Assembly: GCA_044449225.1 (NCBI GenBank)
Contig: JBIOHU010000001.1
Location: 1-46,705, forward strand
Reading direction: 5' to 3'
Length of the DNA stretch: 46,705 nucleotides
Source: Gemmatimonadales bacterium
GTDB lineage: Bacteria; Gemmatimonadota; Gemmatimonadetes; Gemmatimonadales; Gemmatimonadaceae
Below the pieces are notes generated by a model. It was given only the letters and a program-made list of their open reading frames with translations, had not been told where the DNA came from and searched no databases. Both the position numbers and the translations under genes were made by a program. Shown here piece after piece: positions 23,405 through 30,687 of the stretch; position 1 is the stretch's first letter, and every line of letters starts with the position of its first letter.

Positions 23405-24100
23405 ATGTCGTCCACGAATTCATCATCGTCGCGCGTCGCGCTGACCGACGCGCTCGAGGCGCACTCCGCGCGTCTGGCGAGCTGCCGTCGCTGCGCGCTC
23501 GGACCCGGCGTGCTGCCGAGCGTGTCGCGGTCGCGCGCGCCGCGCGCGATGCTGGTCGGTCAGGCGCCGGGCCAGGTGGAGAGCGGTGGCGGCCGACCGT
23601 TCGCCGGCCGCGCGGGACGGACGCTCTTCGCATGGCTCGCGTCGGCTGGCCTGGATGAAGAGGCGGCGCGCGACCAGATCTACATCGCCGCCGTCACGCG
23701 CTGCTATCCGGGACCGCATCCGTCCGGCCGAGGCGACCGGGTGCCATCGCCCCGCGAGCGTGCTTCGTGCGCCGACTGGCTCGACGACGAGCTGCGACTG
23801 ATCCGGCCGGCGCTGCTGATCCCCGTCGGCCGGTTGGCCATCGACCATTTTCTCGGCCCGGTGCCGCTGGCGGAGGTCGTCGGACGCGAGCACGAGGTGA
23901 CCCATGCCGGTGGACGATCGATCGCGATTCCATTGCCACACCCGAGCGGAGCGAGCAGCTGGATTCACGCCGAGGGCAACCGGGCGCTGCTCGTCCTGGC
24001 GCTGGAGCTGTTGAGCGCGCGGCTGGCGACGCGCGTGGAGATTCCGGGCGCGCGACCTCGAGCGGTACGGCGGTCCTCCGTGAGTGTGGCGGAGAGATAG
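23405..24100 (+). CDS. Uracil-DNA glycosylase superfamily protein (Fe-S, family 4/5-like)
   Basis: Motif A is LVGQAPG and motif B is PHPSGAS. Four Cys residues (CRRC...C...C) are spaced as in the 4Fe-4S UDG families. Confidence 0.7.
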   Translation: MSSTNSSSSRVALTDALEAHSARLASCRRCALGPGVLPSVSRSRAPRAMLVGQAPGQVESGGGRPFAGRAGRTLFAWLASAGLDEEAARDQIYIAAVTRCYPGPHPSGRGDRVPSPRERASCADWLDDELRLIRPALLIPVGRLAIDHFLGPVPLAEVVGREHEVTHAGGRSIAIPLPHPSGASSWIHAEGNRALLVLALELLSARLATRVEIPGARPRAVRRSSVSVAER

Positions 24101-24418
24101 ATGCGCGTGCTGCTGCTGGTCTTCTCGCTGCACGGGGTCCCGTCGGTCGCGTCGGCAGATCGCTGGTTCTCGGCCGACAAGCTGGAGCACTTCCTGAGCG
24201 CCGCGTTCGTCCAGAGTCTGGCGTACGGCTCGCTCCGCGGCGTCGGCGCGAGTCATGGCGCGGCGATGGCCGGTGCCTCCGTCACCACGGCGGTGGTCGG
24301 AGTGGGAAAGGAGATCCACGACGCGCGGACGGGGGGCGACCCGAGCCTGCGCGACCTCGCGTGGGATGCAGCGGGCGCGGGGACGATGAGCGTGCTGCTG
24401 TCGCACTCGGCGCGATAA
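24101..24418 (+). CDS. Small secreted protein, DUF2279/YfiM-like (tentative)
   Basis: It has a signal peptide followed by a W.S.DK.EHF motif. The ATG directly follows the TAG of the UDG gene. Confidence 0.4.
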   Translation: MRVLLLVFSLHGVPSVASADRWFSADKLEHFLSAAFVQSLAYGSLRGVGASHGAAMAGASVTTAVVGVGKEIHDARTGGDPSLRDLAWDAAGAGTMSVLLSHSAR

Positions 24419-24522
24419 TATCGATCATACTGGCGGCGACGGCGTCAGGGAAAGTCCGATCCGGCCGCGGCGGCGGCAATCGTTATATTGGCAAGGTTCT
24501 TCCTCTTATCCGCGAGCGCGGC

Positions 24523-25005
24523 ATGATCTCGGCTCGAAGCAAGTTTCTCATCGGCGGCGCCCTCGTGCTGGGTACCGCCGGGTACCTGATGGCGACGTCC
24601 ATTCAGGAGACCGGCACCTACTACCTGACGCCGACAGAGCTCGCGACGCGCCTCGAGGCCGATCCCGGCTTCCGCAATACCGGCGTGAAGATCGGCGCCC
24701 GGGTCGTGCCGGGCTCCATTCAGCGGATACCCGGCGGGCGTGAGTACATCTTCCGCGTCACCGACGGTGCCCGGGTGGTGCCTGTGGTCTACCGCGGCAT
24801 CGCCCCCGACACCTTCACGGACGGGGTCGACGTCGTGGTGGAGGGACGAATGGGTCCTGACGGCACCTTCCACGCGACGACGCTGCTCGCCAAGTGCGCG
24901 TCGCGCTACGAGAACGCACCGGGCTCGCCGGCCGGAGGTCAGCCCGGCGGCGACAAGTACAAGCAGACGCCGGGCTACAAGGCGGCGACGGGGGCGCAGG
25001 CGTGA
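24523..25005 (+). CDS. ccmE: Cytochrome c maturation haem chaperone CcmE, Cys-type (CxxxY) variant
   Basis: It has an N-terminal TM anchor and an OB-fold body (VKIGARVVPGSI..F.VTD..V.V.Y.G..PD.F..G..VVVEG). The haem-binding position reads LAKCASRYE (C125, TGC at 24895-24897), where LAKHxxxY is usual. Confidence 0.8.
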   Translation: MISARSKFLIGGALVLGTAGYLMATSIQETGTYYLTPTELATRLEADPGFRNTGVKIGARVVPGSIQRIPGGREYIFRVTDGARVVPVVYRGIAPDTFTDGVDVVVEGRMGPDGTFHATTLLAKCASRYENAPGSPAGGQPGGDKYKQTPGYKAATGAQA

Positions 25006-27029
25006 TCCTCGTCGGTGAGCTGTCGCTGTGGGTGGCGCTCCTCATGGCGGTGTGGACGATGGTGACCTCGTATGCCGGTGGCGCGCTGGGCCGCGAGGAC
25101 CTGATCGCGAGCGGTCGTCGAGGGATGTACGCGACCGGCGCGATGATCGTTCTCGCCTCGCTCGGACTCTGGACCGCGCTGCTGACCCACGACTTCTCCC
25201 TCAAGTACGTCGCGTCGAACACGAGCGCGAACATGCCGAAAGTCTACGTGTTCGCCGCGTTCTGGGGCGGGCAGGCCGGCTCGATGCTGTTCTGGGCGCT
25301 GATCCTGTCGCTCTACAGCACGGTCGCCATCTGGTCGCTGCGCGAGAAGGGACGCGACCTGGCGCCCTGGGCCTGCGGTACCCTGGCGGCGATCCTCCTG
25401 TTTTTCATCGCGACGATCTGCTTCAAGGCGAACCCCTACGACCGGCTGGCGTTCGTTCCAGCCGACGGCCGCGGAATGAACCCGCAGCTGCAGAATCCGG
25501 GGATGGCGATTCATCCGCCGAACCTGTACCTCGGCTACGTGGCGACGTCGATCCCGTTCGCCTTCGCGATCGCCGCGCTCGTGACCCGCAAGCTCGACGC
25601 GGAGTGGCTCGGCATCGTGCGGCGATGGTCGCTCGTGTCCTGGTTCTTCCTCACGGTCGGCATCACTCTCGGCATGTGGTGGGCGTATGTCGAGCTCGGA
25701 TGGAGTGGCTACTGGGCGTGGGACCCGGTCGAGAACGCGAGCTTCCTGCCCTGGCTCACCGGAACGGCGTTCCTCCATTCCATCATGATCCAGGAGAAGC
25801 GCGGGATGCTGCGGAAGTGGAACGTCGTCCTCGTCGTGATGACCTTCCTCCTTGCGATCTTCGGCACCTTCATCACGCGGAGCGGCGTGATCGAGAGCGT
25901 GCACTCGTTCGCGCAGTCGCCCGTCGGCAGCTGGTTCGCCACCTTCTTCTTCATCGCGACCGGCGCCACGATCTACTTCGTCGCCACCCGACTGAAGGAT
26001 CTCGAGGCGACGGCGGAGCTGGAAAGCATGGTGAGCCGCGAGGCAGCGTTTCTCTACAACAACCTCGTGCTCGTCGGGATCGCCTTCTCCGTGCTCTGGG
26101 GCACCCTGTTCCCGATCCTGAGCGAATGGGTGCGAGGCTCGAAGATCACTGTCGGTCCACCCTTCTTCAACACGGTGAACATCCCGCTCGGTCTCCTCCT
26201 GCTCGGCCTCACCGGTGTCGGGCCGCTCATCGCCTGGCGAAAGGCATCGACGTCGAACCTGCGTCGGCAGTTCGTCTTCCCGGTGGCCTTCGGGCTCGCG
26301 TGGGGACTCTTGCTCGCCGTGCTCGGCATGCGGAGCTTCCACGCCCTGATGGCCTTCACCCTCGCCGCCTTCGTTGCCGGCACGATCGGCCAGGAGTTCT
26401 ACAAGGGCATCCGGGCGCGGCACACGATGCACGACGAGTCGATTCCGGTCGCGGCGGTGCGCCTCGTAGCGCGCAACCGGCGCCGGTACGGCGGCTACAT
26501 CGTGCACGCCGGCATCGTCATCCTCTTCTGCGGCTTCGCCGGTTTGGCATTCAAGAAGGACCACGACGTACAGATGAAGGCGGGGGAGGCGAAGGAGCTC
26601 GTCGATCCCCTCGGGCATCACTGGACCTTCATCAGCCAGGGCATCTCGACGTCGGAGACGCTGAACCGGTTCGTCACGGGAGTCGGCCTCGAGGTGTGGC
26701 GCGACGGCGTACGGCAGGGGATCATGACGAGCGAGAAACGGCAGTACTTCGACAGCAACAAGCAGCCCCAATTCGAGCCGAGCACGGAGGTGGGCATCCG
26801 GACGTCGGCGAAAATGGATCTCTACATCGTGCTCGCCGGGGTGCGTGACGAAACGGCGGAGCTGCGCATCAGCTTCAATCCGCTGGTCGTCTGGGTATGG
26901 ATCGGCGGCATGGTGATGGCCGTGGGCGGGCTGATCGTGATGTGGCCGCAGGCGGAGCGCCGACGCTCCGGCGGCTACGTAGCGACGCTGGAGCCGGCGC
27001 CGCGGGCCGAGCTGGTCACGGTCTCGTGA
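25002..27029 (+). CDS. ccmF: Cytochrome c haem lyase subunit CcmF
   Basis: It is polytopic and has the WWD motif WSGYWAWDPVEN. The GTG at 25002 overlaps the ccmE TGA (GTGA). Confidence 0.9.
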   Translation: MILVGELSLWVALLMAVWTMVTSYAGGALGREDLIASGRRGMYATGAMIVLASLGLWTALLTHDFSLKYVASNTSANMPKVYVFAAFWGGQAGSMLFWALILSLYSTVAIWSLREKGRDLAPWACGTLAAILLFFIATICFKANPYDRLAFVPADGRGMNPQLQNPGMAIHPPNLYLGYVATSIPFAFAIAALVTRKLDAEWLGIVRRWSLVSWFFLTVGITLGMWWAYVELGWSGYWAWDPVENASFLPWLTGTAFLHSIMIQEKRGMLRKWNVVLVVMTFLLAIFGTFITRSGVIESVHSFAQSPVGSWFATFFFIATGATIYFVATRLKDLEATAELESMVSREAAFLYNNLVLVGIAFSVLWGTLFPILSEWVRGSKITVGPPFFNTVNIPLGLLLLGLTGVGPLIAWRKASTSNLRRQFVFPVAFGLAWGLLLAVLGMRSFHALMAFTLAAFVAGTIGQEFYKGIRARHTMHDESIPVAAVRLVARNRRRYGGYIVHAGIVILFCGFAGLAFKKDHDVQMKAGEAKELVDPLGHHWTFISQGISTSETLNRFVTGVGLEVWRDGVRQGIMTSEKRQYFDSNKQPQFEPSTEVGIRTSAKMDLYIVLAGVRDETAELRISFNPLVVWVWIGGMVMAVGGLIVMWPQAERRRSGGYVATLEPAPRAELVTVS

Positions 27030-27643
27030 TGCGCCGACGGGATTTTCTGACCCGCCTCGCGCTGGGTGGCGTCGCGGTGCTCGGGTCGCGGGAGCTGTTC
27101 GCGCAGCAGGCCGCGCCCGGCGCCGGGCCGGCGCAGGGGACGACGTCGAACCTGTTCGACATGGATCAGATGGCGGCGAGGAGGGTGGTGAAGCCGCCGA
27201 AGCGCGATGCGCACGCGTCGATGACGTCGGACGATCGCGACGCGCTCGAGCACCAGCTCCGTTGTCAGTGCGGCTGCACCCTCGACGTGTACACCTGCCG
27301 CACGACCGATTTCTCCTGCCAGGTCTCGCCGGCGATGCACGCCGACGTGATGTCGCTGGTGGAGGGGGGCTACTCCGCGCACGAGATCATCGATGCGTTC
27401 GTCGGCACGTACGGAGAACGGGTCCTGATGGCGCCCCGAAAGGAAGGATTCAACTGGGCCGGTTACATCGTGCCCTTCGCGGCCCTCGGCACCGGCGCCG
27501 CTGCGCTCGTCGTCGTGCTGCGCGGGATGCAACAGCGCTCAGTGAGGGTCGCGGCGGCGCGCGGGCCGGTGGCGGAGCCGGATTCCGGCGCGACGACCGA
27601 CGAGCTGGCCCGGCTCGACGCGGCCATCCGCCGCGACGACTGA
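27029..27643 (+). CDS. CcmH/CycL/NrfF-family protein, atypical (twin-arginine signal, five-Cys motif)
   Basis: It starts MRRRDFLTRLALGGVAVLGS. It has LRCQCGCTLDVYTCRTTDFSC, then a CcmH-like ..G.S..EIIDAFVGTYGERVLMAP and a C-terminal TM segment. The ATG shares 1 nt with the ccmF TGA. Confidence 0.6.
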   Translation: MRRRDFLTRLALGGVAVLGSRELFAQQAAPGAGPAQGTTSNLFDMDQMAARRVVKPPKRDAHASMTSDDRDALEHQLRCQCGCTLDVYTCRTTDFSCQVSPAMHADVMSLVEGGYSAHEIIDAFVGTYGERVLMAPRKEGFNWAGYIVPFAALGTGAAALVVVLRGMQQRSVRVAAARGPVAEPDSGATTDELARLDAAIRRDD

Positions 27644-28152
27644 TGTCGGCGCTCATCATCGGAACGCTGCTCGCCGTCGGCGCGCTCGCGTATGTGCTCT
27701 ATCCCCTGCTCACCGGCCCGATCCCGATCGCGCGACGACGAGTGCCGCGTCGGCGGGAGGGCGCGAAGGTCGTGGAGCACGAGGCCATCGTCGCGCTCCG
27801 TGAGATCGAGTTCGATCGGGTGACGGGGAAGCTGTCGGACGCCGACTACGCCGAGCTCAAGACGCGCTACACGCAGCGGGCGCTCGACGCGATGCGCGCG
27901 GGAGATCCCGCGACGTCAGGCGACGCCATCGAGGCGGCAGTGCTCGCGTATCGCGCGCGCATGAAGAACTGCGCCGACTGCGGTCCGCGCCCGGAGCCGG
28001 ACGCGCTCTACTGCTCCAGTTGCGGGCGCTACTTGGCGGGCGCCTGCGCGTCCTGCGGAGCCACGGTGAGCCAGCCAGGCGCGGCGTTCTGCGGGAGTTG
28101 CGGTCAGGAACTCAAGGGCGGTCAACTGACCGAACTACGGTCAACATACTGA
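27643..28152 (+). CDS. CcmI N-terminal-module-like protein fused to a double zinc ribbon
   Basis: It has a TM segment (MSALIIGTLLAVGALAYVLYPLL), a basic stretch, and a CcmI-like REIEFDRVTGKLSDADYAELK. It then has four CxxC pairs (CADCG, CSSCG, CASCG, CGSCG). The last 11 codons lie inside the repeat array. Confidence 0.55.
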   Translation: MSALIIGTLLAVGALAYVLYPLLTGPIPIARRRVPRRREGAKVVEHEAIVALREIEFDRVTGKLSDADYAELKTRYTQRALDAMRAGDPATSGDAIEAAVLAYRARMKNCADCGPRPEPDALYCSSCGRYLAGACASCGATVSQPGAAFCGSCGQELKGGQLTELRSTY

Positions 28153-28409
28153 ACGTCGGTCAACTTACCGAACTAGGGTCGACCTACCGAAGGGCGGTCG
28201 ACGTACGGAAGGAAGGACGGTCGACGTACTGAACTACTGTCGACTCACTGACCCGCAGGCAATTGAACGGCCGAGCGCAGGCGCCTGAGTCGACAGCGGT
28301 GCGGTAAGTCGGCCGCAGTTCAATAGGTGGACCGCGGTTCGGTCAGTCGACCGCCGTTCCGTAAGTCGACCGCCGTTCCGTAAGTCGACCGCCGTTCGGC
28401 ATTCGACCG
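28119..28409. repeat. Mirrored array of 7 direct plus 7 inverted ~19-bp units (consensus CGGTCRACnTACnGAAC)
   Basis: I parsed the units by hand. The left arm is 28119-28255, the centre is 28256-28277 and the right arm is 28278-28409. Two adjacent right-arm units (28354-28372 and 28373-28391) are identical. Confidence 0.9.
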
Positions 28410-28420
28410 ACGTCAGCTGT

Positions 28421-28972
28421 TCACCGTACCCGCGCCTCGCGCGCCACCCGCCAGCTCGATCCGCCTCCCACGAGCTGATAGATCCTCTCGAATCGCAGCG
28501 CCGGGGGCCGCTGGCCGCTGGCGGGGCCGAATTGCTCCGCGGAGAAGTACAGCTCGATCGTGTCGGTCGAGACGCGGAAGACGTCGGAAGCGCGCACGAT
28601 GTAGCCGGGCACGGTGGTGTGGCAGCGTGGCGTGTCCAGCGCGGTCTCGCGGATCGGCTCGCAGACACCCGCAACCACGCCCCGTGCCTGCAGCGCGCGC
28701 GCGAGCGCCGCCGGCACGCTGTCGCCTCCCGCGTAGCCCGCCGTGCGCGGGAGGCGGAGCGGATGGAGGAGCAGGGTGAGTCCCGGCCCGAGGTCGAAGG
28801 CGGCGCGCGCGGCGGCGTCGTAGGCGGCGGCTTCGGACGCCACCGGCAGCGCGGCGAGCTGCAGCTTGCGGCCGCGCGCGACGTCGGAGTCGTCCGCTCC
28901 AGATGGGCCGCAGGCGGCGGCCAGGAGGAAAAACGCGACGACGAGTGAGAGGACCCGCTGCGTGCGCATCAT
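28421..28972 (-). CDS. Lipoprotein, hypothetical
   Basis: It has a signal peptide plus lipobox (LLAAAC). It is the last gene of the minus-strand ABC operon. Confidence 0.55.
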   Translation of the reverse strand: MMRTQRVLSLVVAFFLLAAACGPSGADDSDVARGRKLQLAALPVASEAAAYDAAARAAFDLGPGLTLLLHPLRLPRTAGYAGGDSVPAALARALQARGVVAGVCEPIRETALDTPRCHTTVPGYIVRASDVFRVSTDTIELYFSAEQFGPASGQRPPALRFERIYQLVGGGSSWRVAREARVR

Positions 28973-28980
28973 CCCCGAAT

Positions 28981-30687
28981 CTAGCGCTCCACCGCCTCAA
29001 GCCGGCGCTCGGCCATGGAGATCGGCAGAATCGTCGCCGCCATGCAGAGCACGGCCGCGGCGCCGAATCCGACCACCATCTCCGTCATCGAGCTCGGCGT
29101 GCCATAGAACCGCGCCGACAGATAGCCGTATACCGGCCTCGCCTCGAGCACGACGACGGCGGCGATCAATCCGATCGCTGCAATCATGAACATCAGCCCT
29201 CCGAACGACGTCGGGATCTGGGCCGCGTTTTCCGTCTCGAACTGTGGGAAGAGCGTTCCGAAGCCGAGCGCCATGCCGCAGAGCGCGAGCGTCATCAGGC
29301 TGATCGTCATCACCGAGACGGCGAACATGAAGTCGCTCACCTGCAGCAGTGCGTCGGTGACCCCGACGATGCCGAGGGCGAGCACGAGCAGCGGCGTCGT
29401 GCCGACCCAGAACTTCGCCCACAGTAGATCGCGCACGGGCATGGGGCTCGACCGCAACAGCCAGAGCGTGCGTCCCTCGAGGCTGACGCTCGGAAAGATG
29501 AATCGCGCCGCGACCGAGGCAAGGACGAAGCCCGCCAGCACGAGGTTGAGGAACGGAATCACGTTGACGAGGAAAAAGGTGATCCCCTCGCCGCGCAGCG
29601 GCAGGTACTTGATGTTGAACACATAGACGACGACGAGCACGGCGAGCAGGATGAGCTGCGACCACTGTGTCGTGTCGCGGAAGAACAGCCGCAGCTCCTT
29701 GAGCACGAGCTCGCGCTTCAGGATCCCCAGCGGCTTGAACAGCAGATGCCCGACGTCATGCATGACCTTGCCGCGCACGAACCGCTGCCCGCTTTCCTGC
29801 GCCTTGCTGAAGCCGATCGAGTACAGGCTACGATGGAGGATCGCACCGAGGACGAACGCCGCCGCCGCGGTGCTCCAGAGCAGGTAAACGGCCATCCAGT
29901 CCGGCCGGTAGCTCAGCCAACCGAGGATGGCGCGCTGCACCCACTCGCTGGGAAGGAAGGGCGACGTCGGCGTGCGGAGCACGGTCACGAACTCCACCAG
30001 CGAACGGAATCCCTCCGGGCGCGCCAGCCGCTCCGGCCTCACAATGCGGAAAAGCAGGACGATCCCGCCCGCCGCGAGCACGGCGATCACGCTCAGGATG
30101 TCGCGGGTCCGGCGGGCGGGAAAGATATTGACGAGCACCAGCGTGATGGCGCTCCCGACCACCGCCGGCACGACGAGAAATGGCACGAACACCGCGGCGA
30201 CGACAAGCGGAAAGAGCGGGCCGCCATGATATGCCGTCCCGAACGCGGCGAACATCGGGATCGCCAGCAGGAGCACCATCCAGCTCGAGTTCACTCCGGT
30301 CTCGAGAAGCTTCGCGCCGTACAGCTTGAGCCAGTCCGCCGGCGAGGCGACAAGAAGGTCGAGGTCGCGCGCGAGGAAGAAGCTCGACAGCGCGGTGATG
30401 ATGTTCGACAGCAGAAGGATCGAGAAGAAGCCGATCAGGATGATGCCGAGCAGCTTTCCGGCGAGAAAGGGCCCGAGGTCGGGCACGCCGCGAAAGTACA
30501 CGAGCAGCTTGTACAGCACGGCGTAAATGAAGGCCCAGAACAGCAGTGCCATCCCGCCAAGGAGGACGAAGCGCATCGTGCGGCCCCGCTCGTTGGCCAT
30601 CGTCCGCGCCCGTGCCGTGAGCCACTTCGGGCGGAGCAGAAGGGCGAGCGAGGGATCGGGGCGCACCCCCGATCCTGCATCAGGCAT
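28981..30687 (-). CDS. Large polytopic permease ('putative ABC exporter' type)
   Basis: About 568 aa with more than 10 hydrophobic helices. The ATG at 30687 overlaps the stop of the ABC ATPase gene by 8 nt (ATGCCTGA). Confidence 0.65.
   Translation of the reverse strand: MPDAGSGVRPDPSLALLLRPKWLTARARTMANERGRTMRFVLLGGMALLFWAFIYAVLYKLLVYFRGVPDLGPFLAGKLLGIILIGFFSILLLSNIITALSSFFLARDLDLLVASPADWLKLYGAKLLETGVNSSWMVLLLAIPMFAAFGTAYHGGPLFPLVVAAVFVPFLVVPAVVGSAITLVLVNIFPARRTRDILSVIAVLAAGGIVLLFRIVRPERLARPEGFRSLVEFVTVLRTPTSPFLPSEWVQRAILGWLSYRPDWMAVYLLWSTAAAAFVLGAILHRSLYSIGFSKAQESGQRFVRGKVMHDVGHLLFKPLGILKRELVLKELRLFFRDTTQWSQLILLAVLVVVYVFNIKYLPLRGEGITFFLVNVIPFLNLVLAGFVLASVAARFIFPSVSLEGRTLWLLRSSPMPVRDLLWAKFWVGTTPLLVLALGIVGVTDALLQVSDFMFAVSVMTISLMTLALCGMALGFGTLFPQFETENAAQIPTSFGGLMFMIAAIGLIAAVVVLEARPVYGYLSARFYGTPSSMTEMVVGFGAAAVLCMAATILPISMAERRLEAVER

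Noticed and set aside
24489-24503. A sigma-54-like element TGGCAA-N5-TTCC 20 nt upstream of ccmE.
   Set aside because: The near-invariant GC of the -12 element is CC here. No enhancer-binding-protein gene is nearby. A single weak match is not sufficient.
28119-28409. Interpretation of the repeat block as a CRISPR array.
   Set aside because: The units are contiguous with no unique spacers. They are only about 19 bp long, are degenerate, and switch orientation halfway. No cas genes are present in the window.
28020-28674. ORFs 28020-28232(+) and 28234-28674(-), which run through the 19-bp repeat array and show recurring ...RSTY / ...LTE... peptides.
   Set aside because: The repeat period is 19 bp, so the reading frame shifts by one nucleotide with each unit. 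The peptide similarity is therefore a by-product of the DNA repeat. These ORFs also lack credible starts, and the plus-strand ORF begins inside the zinc-ribbon gene, out of frame with it.
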